NCBI GenBank assembly: GCA_002937895.1
Contig: PTKV01000009.1
Span: 5,333-69,332 of the forward strand
Direction: 5' to 3'
Source: Alphaproteobacteria bacterium MarineAlpha5_Bin9
GTDB lineage: Bacteria; Pseudomonadota; Alphaproteobacteria; HIMB59; GCA-002718135
DNA length: 64,000 bases
Each line of letters opens with the position of its first letter. Position 1 is the first letter of the stretch. Below are positions 47,800 through 61,958 of this stretch, one piece after another. A program made the translations under genes and the position numbers. A model generated the notes under the pieces. That model was not told the origin of the DNA, ran no database searches, and saw only the letters and a program-made list of their open reading frames with translations.

Positions 47800-48493
47800 G
47801 AAAAGATTTTCTTACATCTGGATTATTCAATAGATCTGCCCCTTTTCCTTCTATCCTATTTTCACCATTCACCAATACATATCCTCGATCAGCTATACCT
47901 AATGCTTGTTTAGCATTCTGTTCAACCATTAATATTCCAACACCCGTTTTTCCAACTTCGATTATTCTTGAAAATAAATCATCCATTACAATAGGTGATA
48001 CACCCGCAGTTGGCTCATCTAACATAAGTATATTGGGTTGTGTCATTAAGGCACGACCAAAAGCAACTTGCTGTCTTTGTCCGCCTGAAAGCTCACCTAC
48101 ATTTTGATTTTTTTTCTCATATAATACAGGGAATAGATCATAAATTTCTTTGATTGTTTTATAAATATTATCATTTCTTAAAAAAGCTCCCATTTCTAGA
48201 TTTTCTTCTACAGTCATTCCTGAAAAAACATTTCTTGTTTGAGGAACAAAAGCTATCCCTAATTTTACTCTTTCTTGAGGTAACATTTTAGTTATTTCTT
48301 GATTTTTATATAAAATAGATCCACTTTTTAATTTTAACATACCTAACATAGCTTTCATTGCTGTAGATTTTCCAGCTCCATTTGGCCCAATAACAACTAC
48401 TATTTCTCCTTGTGTTACTTCTATATTACATTTCTTAATTATATCAGCACCTCCATATCCAGCAGTCATATTTTTCCCACTAAAAGAATTCAT
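47789..48493 (-). CDS. livF: Branched-chain amino acid ABC transporter ATP-binding protein
   Basis: 234 aa. Walker A GPNGAGKST, signature LSGGQRQQVAFGRAL and Walker B ILMLDEP. Confidence 0.9.
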   Translation of the reverse strand: MNSFSGKNMTAGYGGADIIKKCNIEVTQGEIVVVIGPNGAGKSTAMKAMLGMLKLKSGSILYKNQEITKMLPQERVKLGIAFVPQTRNVFSGMTVEENLEMGAFLRNDNIYKTIKEIYDLFPVLYEKKNQNVGELSGGQRQQVAFGRALMTQPNILMLDEPTAGVSPIVMDDLFSRIIEVGKTGVGILMVEQNAKQALGIADRGYVLVNGENRIEGKGADLLNNPDVRKSFLGG

Positions 48494-49305
48494 AATTTTT
48501 CTTTATTCTTGATACCTTTTCCAAGATAGGCTTCAATAACACTATTATTAGATTTAACTTCATTGAAATTACCCTGGAATAAAAGACTTCCTTCCGCCAT
48601 CACTATTACAGGCTCACATAATTTTTCTATTAATTCCATATCATGTTCAATTACAAAAAAAGTATAGTTTTTTTCTTTGTTTAGTCTTATTATTGCTTCA
48701 CTTATATCATTTAATAAAGTTCTATTTACACCAGCGCCAACTTCATCAAGTAAAACTATTTTTGCATCAACCATCATGGTTCTACCTAATTCAAGTAATT
48801 TCTTTTGACCTCCAGACAAATTTCCAGCAATTTCTTGAGTTAAATGTGAAAGATTTAAAAACTTTATAACCTCTATAGCTTTAGCTCGTATTTCTTCTTC
48901 CTGTTTTTTTACTATATTACTATTAATCCAATTATATATAATTTTTTCACCATATTGACTACCTGGGACCATCATTAAATTTTCTAAGACAGTAAGTGTT
49001 GAGAATTCATGTGCTATTTGAAAAGTTCTAAGAACCCCTTTTGAAAATAATTCATGAGCTTCTAAGTTAGTAATATTTTCATTGGATAGTTCAACTTTTC
49101 CTGAGGAAGATTTTATGTTTCCTGCAATTATGTTGAATAGAGTAGTTTTTCCTGCTCCATTAGGGCCAATTAATCCAGTTATAGAACCCTTTTCAACTTT
49201 TAGTGAAACATTATTAACTGCATGAATTCCTCCAAAAAATTTATCTATATTTTTTACTTCAAGCATTAAATTATTATAATTTTTTTTGATTACTATTGAT
49301 TCCAA
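48490..49305 (-). CDS. livG: Branched-chain amino acid ABC transporter ATP-binding protein
   Basis: Walker A GPNGAGKTT, signature LSGGQKKLLELGRTM and LivG-type C-terminal extension. The alternative start at 49266 (MLEVKNIDKFFGG) would remove the 32-nt overlap with rodA. Confidence 0.9.
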   Translation of the reverse strand: MESIVIKKNYNNLMLEVKNIDKFFGGIHAVNNVSLKVEKGSITGLIGPNGAGKTTLFNIIAGNIKSSSGKVELSNENITNLEAHELFSKGVLRTFQIAHEFSTLTVLENLMMVPGSQYGEKIIYNWINSNIVKKQEEEIRAKAIEVIKFLNLSHLTQEIAGNLSGGQKKLLELGRTMMVDAKIVLLDEVGAGVNRTLLNDISEAIIRLNKEKNYTFFVIEHDMELIEKLCEPVIVMAEGSLLFQGNFNEVKSNNSVIEAYLGKGIKNKEKL

Positions 49306-50359
49306 TATTCATTAAAATTCCAAAACAAGTCATAATAGAAAGCATTACTGTCCCTCCGTGAGATATCAAAGGAATAGGAACACCAACTACAGGTATTAAT
49401 CCTGTTACCATAAATGTATTTAATAAAACATACAAAAATAAATTAATACTTATCCCAATACTTACAATTCTACCAAAAATGTTGTTTGATATAACGCTAA
49501 TATAAAAACATATAAAAATTATTATTAAAAACAATATAAGAATAAAAATAAGGCCCAAGAATCCAAATTCTTCACCTATTAATGTAAAAATGAAATCAGT
49601 TTGTTTCTCTGGCAAATAATCTAAATAGGATTGAGTACCTTGTAAAAAACCTTTTCCAAAAATGCCGCCTGATCCCAAAGCTATTTTTGATTGGATTATT
49701 TGATATCCTGAGCCTAAAGGATCTAATTCAGGGTTAAAAAAAGAAAATAATCTTTTTTGTTGGTAAGGCTTTAAGAAATTCCAAACAAAAGGTGCTATAA
49801 AAATTAAAGAAAGTGATCCTAAAATAAATTTCCATAATTTTACTCCTGCAGAAAACATAATAGCGACACCTAAAACAACTATCATTAAAGAAGTTCCTAA
49901 ATCAGGTTGCAAAATTATTAATGTAAAAGGTAAAAATATAATTAATAATGGTAAAAACAGATTACTGATTTTACCTATTCTATCATACCTTAAATCATGA
50001 TAATATTTTCCCAAAGCTAAAATTATTCCTATTTTAATTAATTCTGAAGGTTGTATACTAATTCCAAGTAAATATACCCATCTTTTTGCTCCATAGCCCA
50101 AAGTGCCAAATATTTGAACAATCAATAATAAGGATAAACATATTATAAAAAATAAATAAGCATATTTATAAATAAATTTTAAATTTATTAATGAAATAAA
50201 TATTAATAATAATGAAGATAAAAAGAAACGAATTATGTGTTTCTTAGCCCAAGGATCCAAACTCCCATGAGCAGCTGAATATAAAGCAAAAAAACCAATT
50301 AAACCTATAATGATTATAGTAATAAACAATAAAAAATTAAATTTATAAAATTTATTCAT
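49274..50359 (-). CDS. rodA: Rod shape-determining SEDS glycosyltransferase RodA
   Basis: 361 aa, 10-TM FtsW/RodA/SpoVE family (QPSELIK, EKQTDFIF). Adjacent to mrdA. Confidence 0.9.
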   Translation of the reverse strand: MNKFYKFNFLLFITIIIIGLIGFFALYSAAHGSLDPWAKKHIIRFFLSSLLLIFISLINLKFIYKYAYLFFIICLSLLLIVQIFGTLGYGAKRWVYLLGISIQPSELIKIGIILALGKYYHDLRYDRIGKISNLFLPLLIIFLPFTLIILQPDLGTSLMIVVLGVAIMFSAGVKLWKFILGSLSLIFIAPFVWNFLKPYQQKRLFSFFNPELDPLGSGYQIIQSKIALGSGGIFGKGFLQGTQSYLDYLPEKQTDFIFTLIGEEFGFLGLIFILILFLIIIFICFYISVISNNIFGRIVSIGISINLFLYVLLNTFMVTGLIPVVGVPIPLISHGGTVMLSIMTCFGILMNIGINSNQKKL

Positions 50360-52167
50360 TATGTAATCAAATTAAGACTTTGAAGAAAATTAAAAATATT
50401 TTTTGCAATTGGTGCAGCTGTTGATGAACCTGAGCCACCATGTTCAACTATAATAGATAAAGCGTACTTTGGATTTTTAGATGGTGCAAATCCAATAAAC
50501 AAAGCATGATCTTTATTTTTCCATTCTTTTTCTTTTTTTCTAAAATCATCACTTTCCCTTTCCTCTAATGATATTGTTTTTACCTGAGAAGTTCCAGTTT
50601 TACCTGAGAAGGTTATTATATTACTTTTTGATTTGAATGCTGTACCTTTGTATTCATTTACAACTTTGAACATAGAATTTTTAATAAAATTAAAATGTTC
50701 TTTTTTTATATTCATTTGCTCAAAGTTAATTGACTCATTTTGCAGTTGTATAGAAGGTTTTATGATTAAACCATCACTTGCAAATCTTGCTGTCATTACC
50801 GCTAATTGTAAAGGTGTAGTTAAAATATATCCCTGACCTATAGCTGTGATCAATGTTTCACCAGCATACCAGTTTTCATTTAAATTATCTTTTTTCCACT
50901 TTATTGATGGATTAATACCATTTTTTTCATTTATTAGATTAACTCCTGTTTTTTCGCCAATGCCAAATTGTTTTGCGAATTGAGAAATATAATCTATACC
51001 AATTTTCTTAGCTAATTCATAAAAATATACATCGCAAGACTCTTTAATTGCTGAATCTAAATTCATATTTTGATGACCTTTAGTTTTCCAACAATGATAA
51101 ATCCTATCTCCAAATTCAATTTTGCCTTCACAATTAACAAGATCTTTTTCGTTAATTACTCCTTTAGATAAGGCAGCAAGAGCTACAATAATTTTAAATG
51201 TCGAACCAGGGGAATATAAACCCTGAATACATCTGTTATTAAGAGGTGATAGAGGATTATTTAAAAGAGAATTCCAATATTCAAGATTGGGTTTTTTAAT
51301 AACTAAATTAGGATCATAATCAGGAATTGAAACCATTGAAATTATTTCTCCAGTATCTATTTTAATTAAAACTGCTGATGCAGCTTTTTGATTATTTATC
51401 TGGCCATGAACGTATTTCTGAACCCTTGAATCAATTGACATTTTAATGTCAGAACCTTTAATACTATCATTTTTTGAAATTTCTCTTACCTCTCTCCCAA
51501 ATGCGTTAACTTCAATCTCTCTTTTTCCAGCTTTACCTATAAGTTTTTCATTAAAAGATTTTTCTATACCTGTTCTTCCAATTTCAAGGGTAGGCATTCC
51601 TGTAATATAAGGCAAAGACAAATCTTGTTCAGAAGGTTTGTTTATATATCCAATTATGTGACTAAAATAATTATTATAAACATAATCTCTCAAAGGAACG
51701 TTTTGCAAATGCAATCCAGGGAAATTATTTTTATTAGCTTCTATAATCTCTAAGTCATCCCAATAAATATTTTTTAAAATTTTTACACGATCAAATTTTT
51801 TGGATTTCTTTACTAATTCTATTACTTTTCTTTTTTTTTTAAATTCAATTTTAATGTATTTATTTAGTTCATCTAATGTTGCTTCAACACTTTTTGTTTG
51901 TTCAGGTATAATATATAGATCATAGGTTTTAATATTTTTAGCAATTAAAACATTATTTCTATCAAAAATTTTACCTCTTAAAGGATATATTATCTCAAAA
52001 TTAATTTGATTATTTTTTGACAAAGTTTTATATTTTTGTGAATCTATAATTTGAATTTTAAATAATCTCCAACCAACTAATGAAAATAATCCTAATTTAA
52101 TTGATAAAATAAAAAGGGATCTTCTATTTATTATTTTGTTTTGATCTTTAATTTCTTTAAAAAACAT
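50359..52167 (-). CDS. mrdA: Penicillin-binding protein 2 (elongasome transpeptidase)
   Basis: 602 aa with an N-terminal anchor. SxxK (GSTFK), SxD/N and KTGTS motifs. Confidence 0.9.
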   Translation of the reverse strand: MFFKEIKDQNKIINRRSLFILSIKLGLFSLVGWRLFKIQIIDSQKYKTLSKNNQINFEIIYPLRGKIFDRNNVLIAKNIKTYDLYIIPEQTKSVEATLDELNKYIKIEFKKKRKVIELVKKSKKFDRVKILKNIYWDDLEIIEANKNNFPGLHLQNVPLRDYVYNNYFSHIIGYINKPSEQDLSLPYITGMPTLEIGRTGIEKSFNEKLIGKAGKREIEVNAFGREVREISKNDSIKGSDIKMSIDSRVQKYVHGQINNQKAASAVLIKIDTGEIISMVSIPDYDPNLVIKKPNLEYWNSLLNNPLSPLNNRCIQGLYSPGSTFKIIVALAALSKGVINEKDLVNCEGKIEFGDRIYHCWKTKGHQNMNLDSAIKESCDVYFYELAKKIGIDYISQFAKQFGIGEKTGVNLINEKNGINPSIKWKKDNLNENWYAGETLITAIGQGYILTTPLQLAVMTARFASDGLIIKPSIQLQNESINFEQMNIKKEHFNFIKNSMFKVVNEYKGTAFKSKSNIITFSGKTGTSQVKTISLEERESDDFRKKEKEWKNKDHALFIGFAPSKNPKYALSIIVEHGGSGSSTAAPIAKNIFNFLQSLNLIT

Positions 52168-52658
52168 TAGTTTATTTTGTCAATTTTATTAAATAAATAA
52201 TTTACTGGAAATATGAAAATAAATAGGATTAAAATAGATTTATAAAAAAATATAAAGTTGAATTCTAAATTAAATAATAGTTTATAAAATATCATTTCAA
52301 CAAATAAAACACTTAAAAGAATTATAAATACTAATATTAATACCTTAAAAGGAGAAAAAGTAGCAAAAAATTTTTTTATGTAGTTCACAAAAGGAATTAA
52401 GAGCATAAAAGATATTAAATGAGGGCCTATTTCATTTGAAATATAAATATCAAAAATTATTCCTATAAAAAAAAAGAGGAGATATAATGAAAAATGAAAA
52501 TAGTAAATTAATATATAAATCATTAAAAGATGAATAAAAATATATAAAGTTAAACTTAAATTTGGAAAATTAGGTTCAAAGTTTAAATATACAGAAATTG
52601 ATATTAATAAGATTAATAAATAAACATTAAAAGGTTTTATAAGCCTTTTTCTAAACAT
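52167..52658 (-). CDS. mreD: Rod shape-determining protein MreD
   Basis: 163-aa polytopic membrane protein located between mreC and mrdA. Confidence 0.7.
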   Translation of the reverse strand: MFRKRLIKPFNVYLLILLISISVYLNFEPNFPNLSLTLYIFIHLLMIYILIYYFHFSLYLLFFFIGIIFDIYISNEIGPHLISFMLLIPFVNYIKKFFATFSPFKVLILVFIILLSVLFVEMIFYKLLFNLEFNFIFFYKSILILFIFIFPVNYLFNKIDKIN

Positions 52659-52661
52659 TAT

Positions 52662-53483
52662 TTATTTGTTATTTATAATTTGAACAAATTCAATATTATT
52701 AATGTCAACAAAAGGCAGTAATTTTATTTTGTCTGTAGATATTTCTACTACTTTTCCGACCAAAATATTTTTTGGGTATGCACCAGCATTTCCACTAGTT
52801 ATCAATATTTCACCAATTTTTGGCATTTTTTTTCCTTTAACAAATTTACTAATTAAATAATTACTATTATTTGATCCCGCAAAGATAGCAAAAAAACTTC
52901 CATCTATATTTCTTACAGGAACTGATAAATTTTTATTGTTCAATAATAAAATTTTAGATGAATTATTCCCAACTTCAATAACTTTTCCTATTAAGCCTCT
53001 TTCATTAATAGCTATATGATTATTTTGAATTTGATCTTTTATACCTGCATTAACAAGAATAGTTTTTGAATATAAATTTGGTTGAAATGATAATATTGAT
53101 GCAGTTTTAATAATTTTAATATCAGATGTAGTGGAGTTTAATAGTTTTTTTAAAGCAGAATTTTCAACATTCCATTTTATTGCCAGTTTTTGCCATTTTT
53201 TTAAACGAATAATCTCTTCTTTTAAAATTAAATTTTCTTTTTCTAACAAATTCATATTTTGATAATGAGTTATTGTTTTTAAAGTTAAATTTACTGGATA
53301 AGATATTACTTTGGTAATAGGATGTATATAATCTAAAGTAGATGATTTGATTTTAGAAGCAATAATATAATCTGTTTTATTAAAAAAAATTAAAATAAAA
53401 GTTATTACAAATAAAAATGGAATGGAAATATTTTTTATATTTTTAGTTTTTACAAATAATCTACTTCTATTTTTAAATATCAT
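52662..53483 (-). CDS. mreC: Rod shape-determining protein MreC
   Basis: 273 aa. N-terminal anchor, coiled coil, then beta-rich domains (GLIGKV, GxYP). Position is between mreB and mreD. Confidence 0.8.
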   Translation of the reverse strand: MIFKNRSRLFVKTKNIKNISIPFLFVITFILIFFNKTDYIIASKIKSSTLDYIHPITKVISYPVNLTLKTITHYQNMNLLEKENLILKEEIIRLKKWQKLAIKWNVENSALKKLLNSTTSDIKIIKTASILSFQPNLYSKTILVNAGIKDQIQNNHIAINERGLIGKVIEVGNNSSKILLLNNKNLSVPVRNIDGSFFAIFAGSNNSNYLISKFVKGKKMPKIGEILITSGNAGAYPKNILVGKVVEISTDKIKLLPFVDINNIEFVQIINNK

Positions 53484-53487
53484 TTAT

Positions 53488-57121
<3,634 letters not shown>

Positions 57122-57655
57122 TCACTCTCTCAATAATGAAGAAATAGCTATAGGACCACTCCTTACTATTTCAATTTTACATATCTTTTCAATATCACTA
57201 ATAAATGAATCTATTCTTTCAGACGTTCCTGCTATTTCAAAAATAGTAGTATTATTTTCATTTTCAATTTTTCTTGCTCTATAAATATCACATATTTTAT
57301 ATGATTCTTTTTTGTTATTTTCTTCTAAATATAAATATACTAAAGCAACTTCGGCTTCGACAGCACTTTCTTGATCTTGGAAATCATTTACACTATGAAC
57401 GGGAACAATCGTATTTAATTGCTTGCGAATAAGATCTACTACCTCATCCGTTCCGTGAGTTACTATAGTTATACAAGATAAGTGATCATTAGTTACAACT
57501 TCAGCAACATTTAGACTATCTATGTTGTAACCTCTTCCAGAAAACATACCAACAACTCTTGCCAAAACTCCTGGCTCGTTATCAACCAAAACAGTAATTA
57601 AATGTCTTTTAGAAGGTTTGTCAGTTGTTTGTGAGCTATATACAGATTTGTTCAT
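57122..57655 (-). CDS. ilvH: Acetolactate synthase small (regulatory) subunit
   Basis: 177 aa. ACT domain (ITVLVDNEPGVLARVVGMFSGRGYNIDSL) followed by the ALS_ss_C region. Confidence 0.9.
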   Translation of the reverse strand: MNKSVYSSQTTDKPSKRHLITVLVDNEPGVLARVVGMFSGRGYNIDSLNVAEVVTNDHLSCITIVTHGTDEVVDLIRKQLNTIVPVHSVNDFQDQESAVEAEVALVYLYLEENNKKESYKICDIYRARKIENENNTTIFEIAGTSERIDSFISDIEKICKIEIVRSGPIAISSLLRE

Positions 57656-59418
57656 TATACTAAAATTTTTCCTTTTTCTTTTGATTTTGAGTCCTGTTTC
57701 ATTTTATTGTTTAAAACCATTTCGTTATGAGCTGAACCACTTTGGATCATAGGAAAGCAGTTTTCTTCTTTATCAACCCAGATATCAGCAATAACAGGTT
57801 TATCACTATTTATCATTTCTTTTATAACATTATCTAATTCTTCAGGTTTTTTAGCCCTTAAACCTATTCCCTTAAAACTTTCAGCTAATTTAACAAAATC
57901 CGGTAAACTATCCATATAACTCTCAGAATAACGTCCACCATGAAGTAATTCCTGCCACTGCCTTACCATCCCCATATATTCATTATTTAAAATGAATATT
58001 TTTATAGGAAGTCTATATTGAACTGCTGTACTCATTTCTTGAATATTCATTAAAATTGAACCATCTCCAGCTATATCTATTACCAAAGCCTCTGGATTGG
58101 CAATTTGTGCTCCAATAGCTGCAGGCATTCCAAAACCCATTGTCCCCAAACCACCTGATGTAATCCATCTATTAGGTTTTTCAAATTTATAATATTGCGC
58201 TGCCCACATTTGATGCTGACCTACTTCAGTTGTAATAAAGGTGTCTTTGTTTTTAGTTTGTTCGAATAATTTTTTAATTGCTAATTGTGGCTTAATTATA
58301 TCACTATTATTTTCAAAAGATAAACAATCTATTTTTTTCCATTTATTAATTTTTTCCCACCAAGAATTGGAATATGATTTATCTATAGAATAATTATTTT
58401 TTTTCCAAGAGCTTATTAATTTAGTGACTATCTGTTTAACATCCCCTACAATTGGTATATCAACTTTTACATTTTTATTTATATTGCTAGCTTCAATATC
58501 AATATGTATTTTTTTTGAGTTAGGGGAAAAAGCGTCTAATCTTCCAGTAACCCTATCATCAAACCTTGCTCCTATATTTATCATTACATCACATTCATGC
58601 ATAGCTAAATTAGCTTCATACATTCCGTGCATTCCAAGCATTCCAAGTGACTGACTATTAGAGGCTGCACACACACCTAGACCCATTAAAGTCATCGTTG
58701 CAGGAGCTCCTGTTAATTTTACAAATTCTCTTACTAAATCTGAAGCATCATTCCCTGAATTAATACAGCCTCCTCCAATATAAAAAATTGGTTTTCGTGA
58801 TTCTGAAATTAATTTAGTAGCTTCTTCAACTTTATTATCATTGTTAATTATTTTTGGTTGAAATAATCTATGGTTTTGAATTGTTATAGTTTCAGGCTTT
58901 TTATAATGACCCAAAGCAAATTGAACATCTTTTGGTATATCAATTAGAACAGGGCCAGGCTTTCCATTTTTTGCTATTTTAAATGCTTCATGAAAAACTT
59001 CTGATAACTGATTAACATCTTTTACTAAATAATTATGTTTTGTACATGGCCTTGTTATTCCTGTTGTATCACATTCTTGAAATGCATCACTTCCAATCAA
59101 ATGTTGTGGTACTTGTCCCGTAATACAAACTATAGGAACACTGTCCATAATTGCATCTGTTAATCCAGTTACGATGTTAGTTGCTCCAGGCCCAGATGTA
59201 ACTAAAACAACACCTATTTTTGAAGAAGATTTTGCGTATCCTTCTGCTGCATGAATAGCTCCAGCTTCTTGTCTTACTAAAAAGTGCTTGATTGAATTTT
59301 GTTTAAATAAACTATCATATATTGGAAGAACTGCTCCCCCAGGATAACCAAATACTGTATCAACACCCTGATCAATCAGTGATTTTATGACAATTTCAGA
59401 TCCAGATAGTTTTTCCAT
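57655..59418 (-). CDS. ilvB: Acetolactate synthase large (catalytic) subunit, biosynthetic type
   Basis: ThDP enzyme (GYPGGAVLPIYD, GGLGTMGFGMPAAIGA, GDGSILMNIQE). The start is placed at the ATG at 59418, preceded by AGGTGA. The GTG at 59430 is part of that SD. Confidence 0.95.
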   Translation of the reverse strand: MEKLSGSEIVIKSLIDQGVDTVFGYPGGAVLPIYDSLFKQNSIKHFLVRQEAGAIHAAEGYAKSSSKIGVVLVTSGPGATNIVTGLTDAIMDSVPIVCITGQVPQHLIGSDAFQECDTTGITRPCTKHNYLVKDVNQLSEVFHEAFKIAKNGKPGPVLIDIPKDVQFALGHYKKPETITIQNHRLFQPKIINNDNKVEEATKLISESRKPIFYIGGGCINSGNDASDLVREFVKLTGAPATMTLMGLGVCAASNSQSLGMLGMHGMYEANLAMHECDVMINIGARFDDRVTGRLDAFSPNSKKIHIDIEASNINKNVKVDIPIVGDVKQIVTKLISSWKKNNYSIDKSYSNSWWEKINKWKKIDCLSFENNSDIIKPQLAIKKLFEQTKNKDTFITTEVGQHQMWAAQYYKFEKPNRWITSGGLGTMGFGMPAAIGAQIANPEALVIDIAGDGSILMNIQEMSTAVQYRLPIKIFILNNEYMGMVRQWQELLHGGRYSESYMDSLPDFVKLAESFKGIGLRAKKPEELDNVIKEMINSDKPVIADIWVDKEENCFPMIQSGSAHNEMVLNNKMKQDSKSKEKGKILV

Positions 59419-59473
59419 GATATATTTCACCTCATAGGCTGTGGATAAAATAAAATCAATAAATTATTAGCAT

Positions 59474-60391
59474 TTATGCTAATTTTAATGCTTTAAGGTC
59501 AATATTTTTAGGAAAATCACTAAAGATTGAAATATTTTCTAATTTTGAAGAATTCCACCATGAAATCTGACGTTTGGCATAATTTCTAGTAATTTGTTGA
59601 GATTTCTTTATGCATTCATCTAAAGTAATCTCGTTATTTAAAAATTTCCCTATCTCTTTTACACCATGGGCTTTCATTGCTGGTAATGATTTATCCAAAT
59701 TTAAATCTAATAGTTTTTTAACTTCATTTAAACCACCAGATTTAATCATTGTACTAAAGCGATTATTTATCTTTTCATAAATTTTTTTTCTATCAGGTAA
59801 AAACAAAAAAATTTGATAAGATATATTCTTTAAAAAAAGTTTATGACTTTCGTTTTGCCATTCACTTAAGGTTCTCCCTGTTGCTTTGTATACTTCCCAT
59901 ATTCTTTTGAGTCTTTGAACATCATTTGTATTAATTTTTAAACAGGATTTTTTATCAATTTTTAAAACATTATAGTAAAATTTTTTAAATCCAATTTTAT
60001 TAAGAATATTTTCTGATTCTTTTTTATAAATTTCATCTATTGATGGAATATTTGAAATTCCTTTAATCAAAGATTCTATATACATTCCAGTTCCACCAAC
60101 TAAAATTGACTGTTTTTTTTTCTTATTATTTTCACTAATAATATTTTTAGCCTCTTGACACCATTGTGCAACGTTATATCTTTTTTTTGCTGAAATATGA
60201 CCATATAAATGATGTTTAATTTTTTTTTGATTATTAATTAATGGCCTATCAGTTAAGATTTTTAGTTCCGAATAAACCTGCATGCTATCAGCATTAATTA
60301 TTTCTCCTTTAGTCATTTTGGCAATTTCAATAGCAATGGATGATTTGCCAGAACAAGTTGGACCTGAAATTATAATCAAAGGTAAAGTCAA
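59474..60391 (-). CDS. miaA: tRNA dimethylallyltransferase
   Basis: 305 aa. P-loop GPTCSGKS, DSMQVY and GGTGMY motifs. Confidence 0.9.
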   Translation of the reverse strand: MTLPLIIISGPTCSGKSSIAIEIAKMTKGEIINADSMQVYSELKILTDRPLINNQKKIKHHLYGHISAKKRYNVAQWCQEAKNIISENNKKKKQSILVGGTGMYIESLIKGISNIPSIDEIYKKESENILNKIGFKKFYYNVLKIDKKSCLKINTNDVQRLKRIWEVYKATGRTLSEWQNESHKLFLKNISYQIFLFLPDRKKIYEKINNRFSTMIKSGGLNEVKKLLDLNLDKSLPAMKAHGVKEIGKFLNNEITLDECIKKSQQITRNYAKRQISWWNSSKLENISIFSDFPKNIDLKALKLA

Positions 60392-60392
60392 A

Positions 60393-61757
60393 TTAGTCTT
60401 TAAATTTTATAGTTATCCATTCTGAATTGTTATTTCTTAAAATTTTTAACAACAAAGAGTTTCTGCCTGTATCTTTTATTGATTTTATTAAAGTAATGAA
60501 TTGTTGAGTTGAGGTAACTTTTTCTCTATTTACTTCAGTTATAATATCACCTTTAAGTAATTTAGAATCCATATTAACTTTCGTAACTTCAACACCTGAT
60601 TGATTTTTTATTTCTTTTATAGAAATGCCTAAACTTGCAACTTCTATATCTACACTTACAGATCTTTTTACGTAACTTTTTTCTGGAAGTTCGCCTAGTA
60701 TAACCTCTATGTTAATAAATTTATTTTTTCTCCATATTTCTACGTTAGAAATGGATCCTATATCTGACTCAGCAACTAATCTTGGCAAATCAGACATTTT
60801 TTTTATTTTTTTGCCGTTAAATTTAACTATAATATCTCCTTCTTCGATGCCAGCTGCTTTAGCTGGACCATTTGGATTTAATCCAGAAACGAAAGCTCCT
60901 TCTGTAGAAGAGAGTCCTAAACTTTCAGATATTTCCTTCGAAACATCTGTAATTTCTACTCCTAAATATCCTCTTTTTGTTCTTCCAAATTCCTTTAGTT
61001 GCTCTATTATTTTTATTGCGCTATTTGAAGGAATTGCAAAACCTAATCCAATACTTCCTCCTGATTGTGAAATAATTGCAGTATTGATTCCTATAACTTC
61101 ACCATTTATATTGAATAAAGGTCCTCCTGAATTACCTCTATTTATTGATGCATCTGTTTGAATAAATTTTACATATGGACCACTTCCAATATCTCTTGAA
61201 ATTGCTGAAATTATACCTGCGGTAACTGTTCCTCCGAGACCCAAGGGATTTCCAATAGCAATTGACCAATCTCCTACTCTTGCTGAGTCAGAGTCTCCCC
61301 ATCTAACATAACTCAATTTTTTACCATCAGGATTAAATTTCAAAACTGCCAAATCAGCTTTAGGATCGCGTCCAAGCAGCTCAGCTTTGAATTCTGTTTG
61401 ATCAGACATTATAATAGTTATCTCATCTGCTCCTTCTATAACATGATTATTAGTAACTATAATTCCAGATTGATCTATTATAAAACCTGAGCCTAAGCCT
61501 GTCATAGGTCTTTGTGAAGGAGTATTTCTTTTCTCTTGATCAAAATATTCTTTAAAAAAATCTTCAAAAGGAGATCCTTCAGGGAATTGAGGAACGTTTT
61601 GATCTGGGGATTGATTAATAATAGTAGTAGTTGAGGCAATACTTACAACTGCTGGTATCAACCCTTCTACTAAATCTGCAAATGTTTCAGGTACGGGTTT
61701 AGCATTTAAAGAAAATGAAATAAAAGTTATTAATATTAAAATTTTTTTAAAAAACAT
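60393..61757 (-). CDS. degP: Do/DegP/HtrA-family periplasmic serine endoprotease with two PDZ domains
   Basis: 454 aa with a signal peptide. Catalytic motifs (TNNHV, DLAVLK, GNSGGPL). Two PDZ-like regions. Confidence 0.9.
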   Translation of the reverse strand: MFFKKILILITFISFSLNAKPVPETFADLVEGLIPAVVSIASTTTIINQSPDQNVPQFPEGSPFEDFFKEYFDQEKRNTPSQRPMTGLGSGFIIDQSGIIVTNNHVIEGADEITIIMSDQTEFKAELLGRDPKADLAVLKFNPDGKKLSYVRWGDSDSARVGDWSIAIGNPLGLGGTVTAGIISAISRDIGSGPYVKFIQTDASINRGNSGGPLFNINGEVIGINTAIISQSGGSIGLGFAIPSNSAIKIIEQLKEFGRTKRGYLGVEITDVSKEISESLGLSSTEGAFVSGLNPNGPAKAAGIEEGDIIVKFNGKKIKKMSDLPRLVAESDIGSISNVEIWRKNKFINIEVILGELPEKSYVKRSVSVDIEVASLGISIKEIKNQSGVEVTKVNMDSKLLKGDIITEVNREKVTSTQQFITLIKSIKDTGRNSLLLKILRNNNSEWITIKFKD

Positions 61758-61763
61758 ATAAGA

Positions 61764-61958
61764 TTAATAAAATTTAATTGTGAAATAAATGAGACTTGCA
61801 CCAAAAACACAAGAAATTATAGAAATATTTCTAATTTTCTCTGCACTTGTATTTTCAATTAATCTAAAATAATTTTTTAAATTTTTAGCAAGAATAAAAT
61901 ACATTAAACCCTCAAAAAGAAACATAAAACCAAGACCAATGATAATATATTTTATCAT
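61764..61958 (-). CDS. DUF2065-like small membrane protein
   Basis: 64 aa with two TM segments. It sits in the conserved slot directly after hflC, with stop and start adjacent. Confidence 0.6.
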   Translation of the reverse strand: MIKYIIIGLGFMFLFEGLMYFILAKNLKNYFRLIENTSAEKIRNISIISCVFGASLIYFTIKFY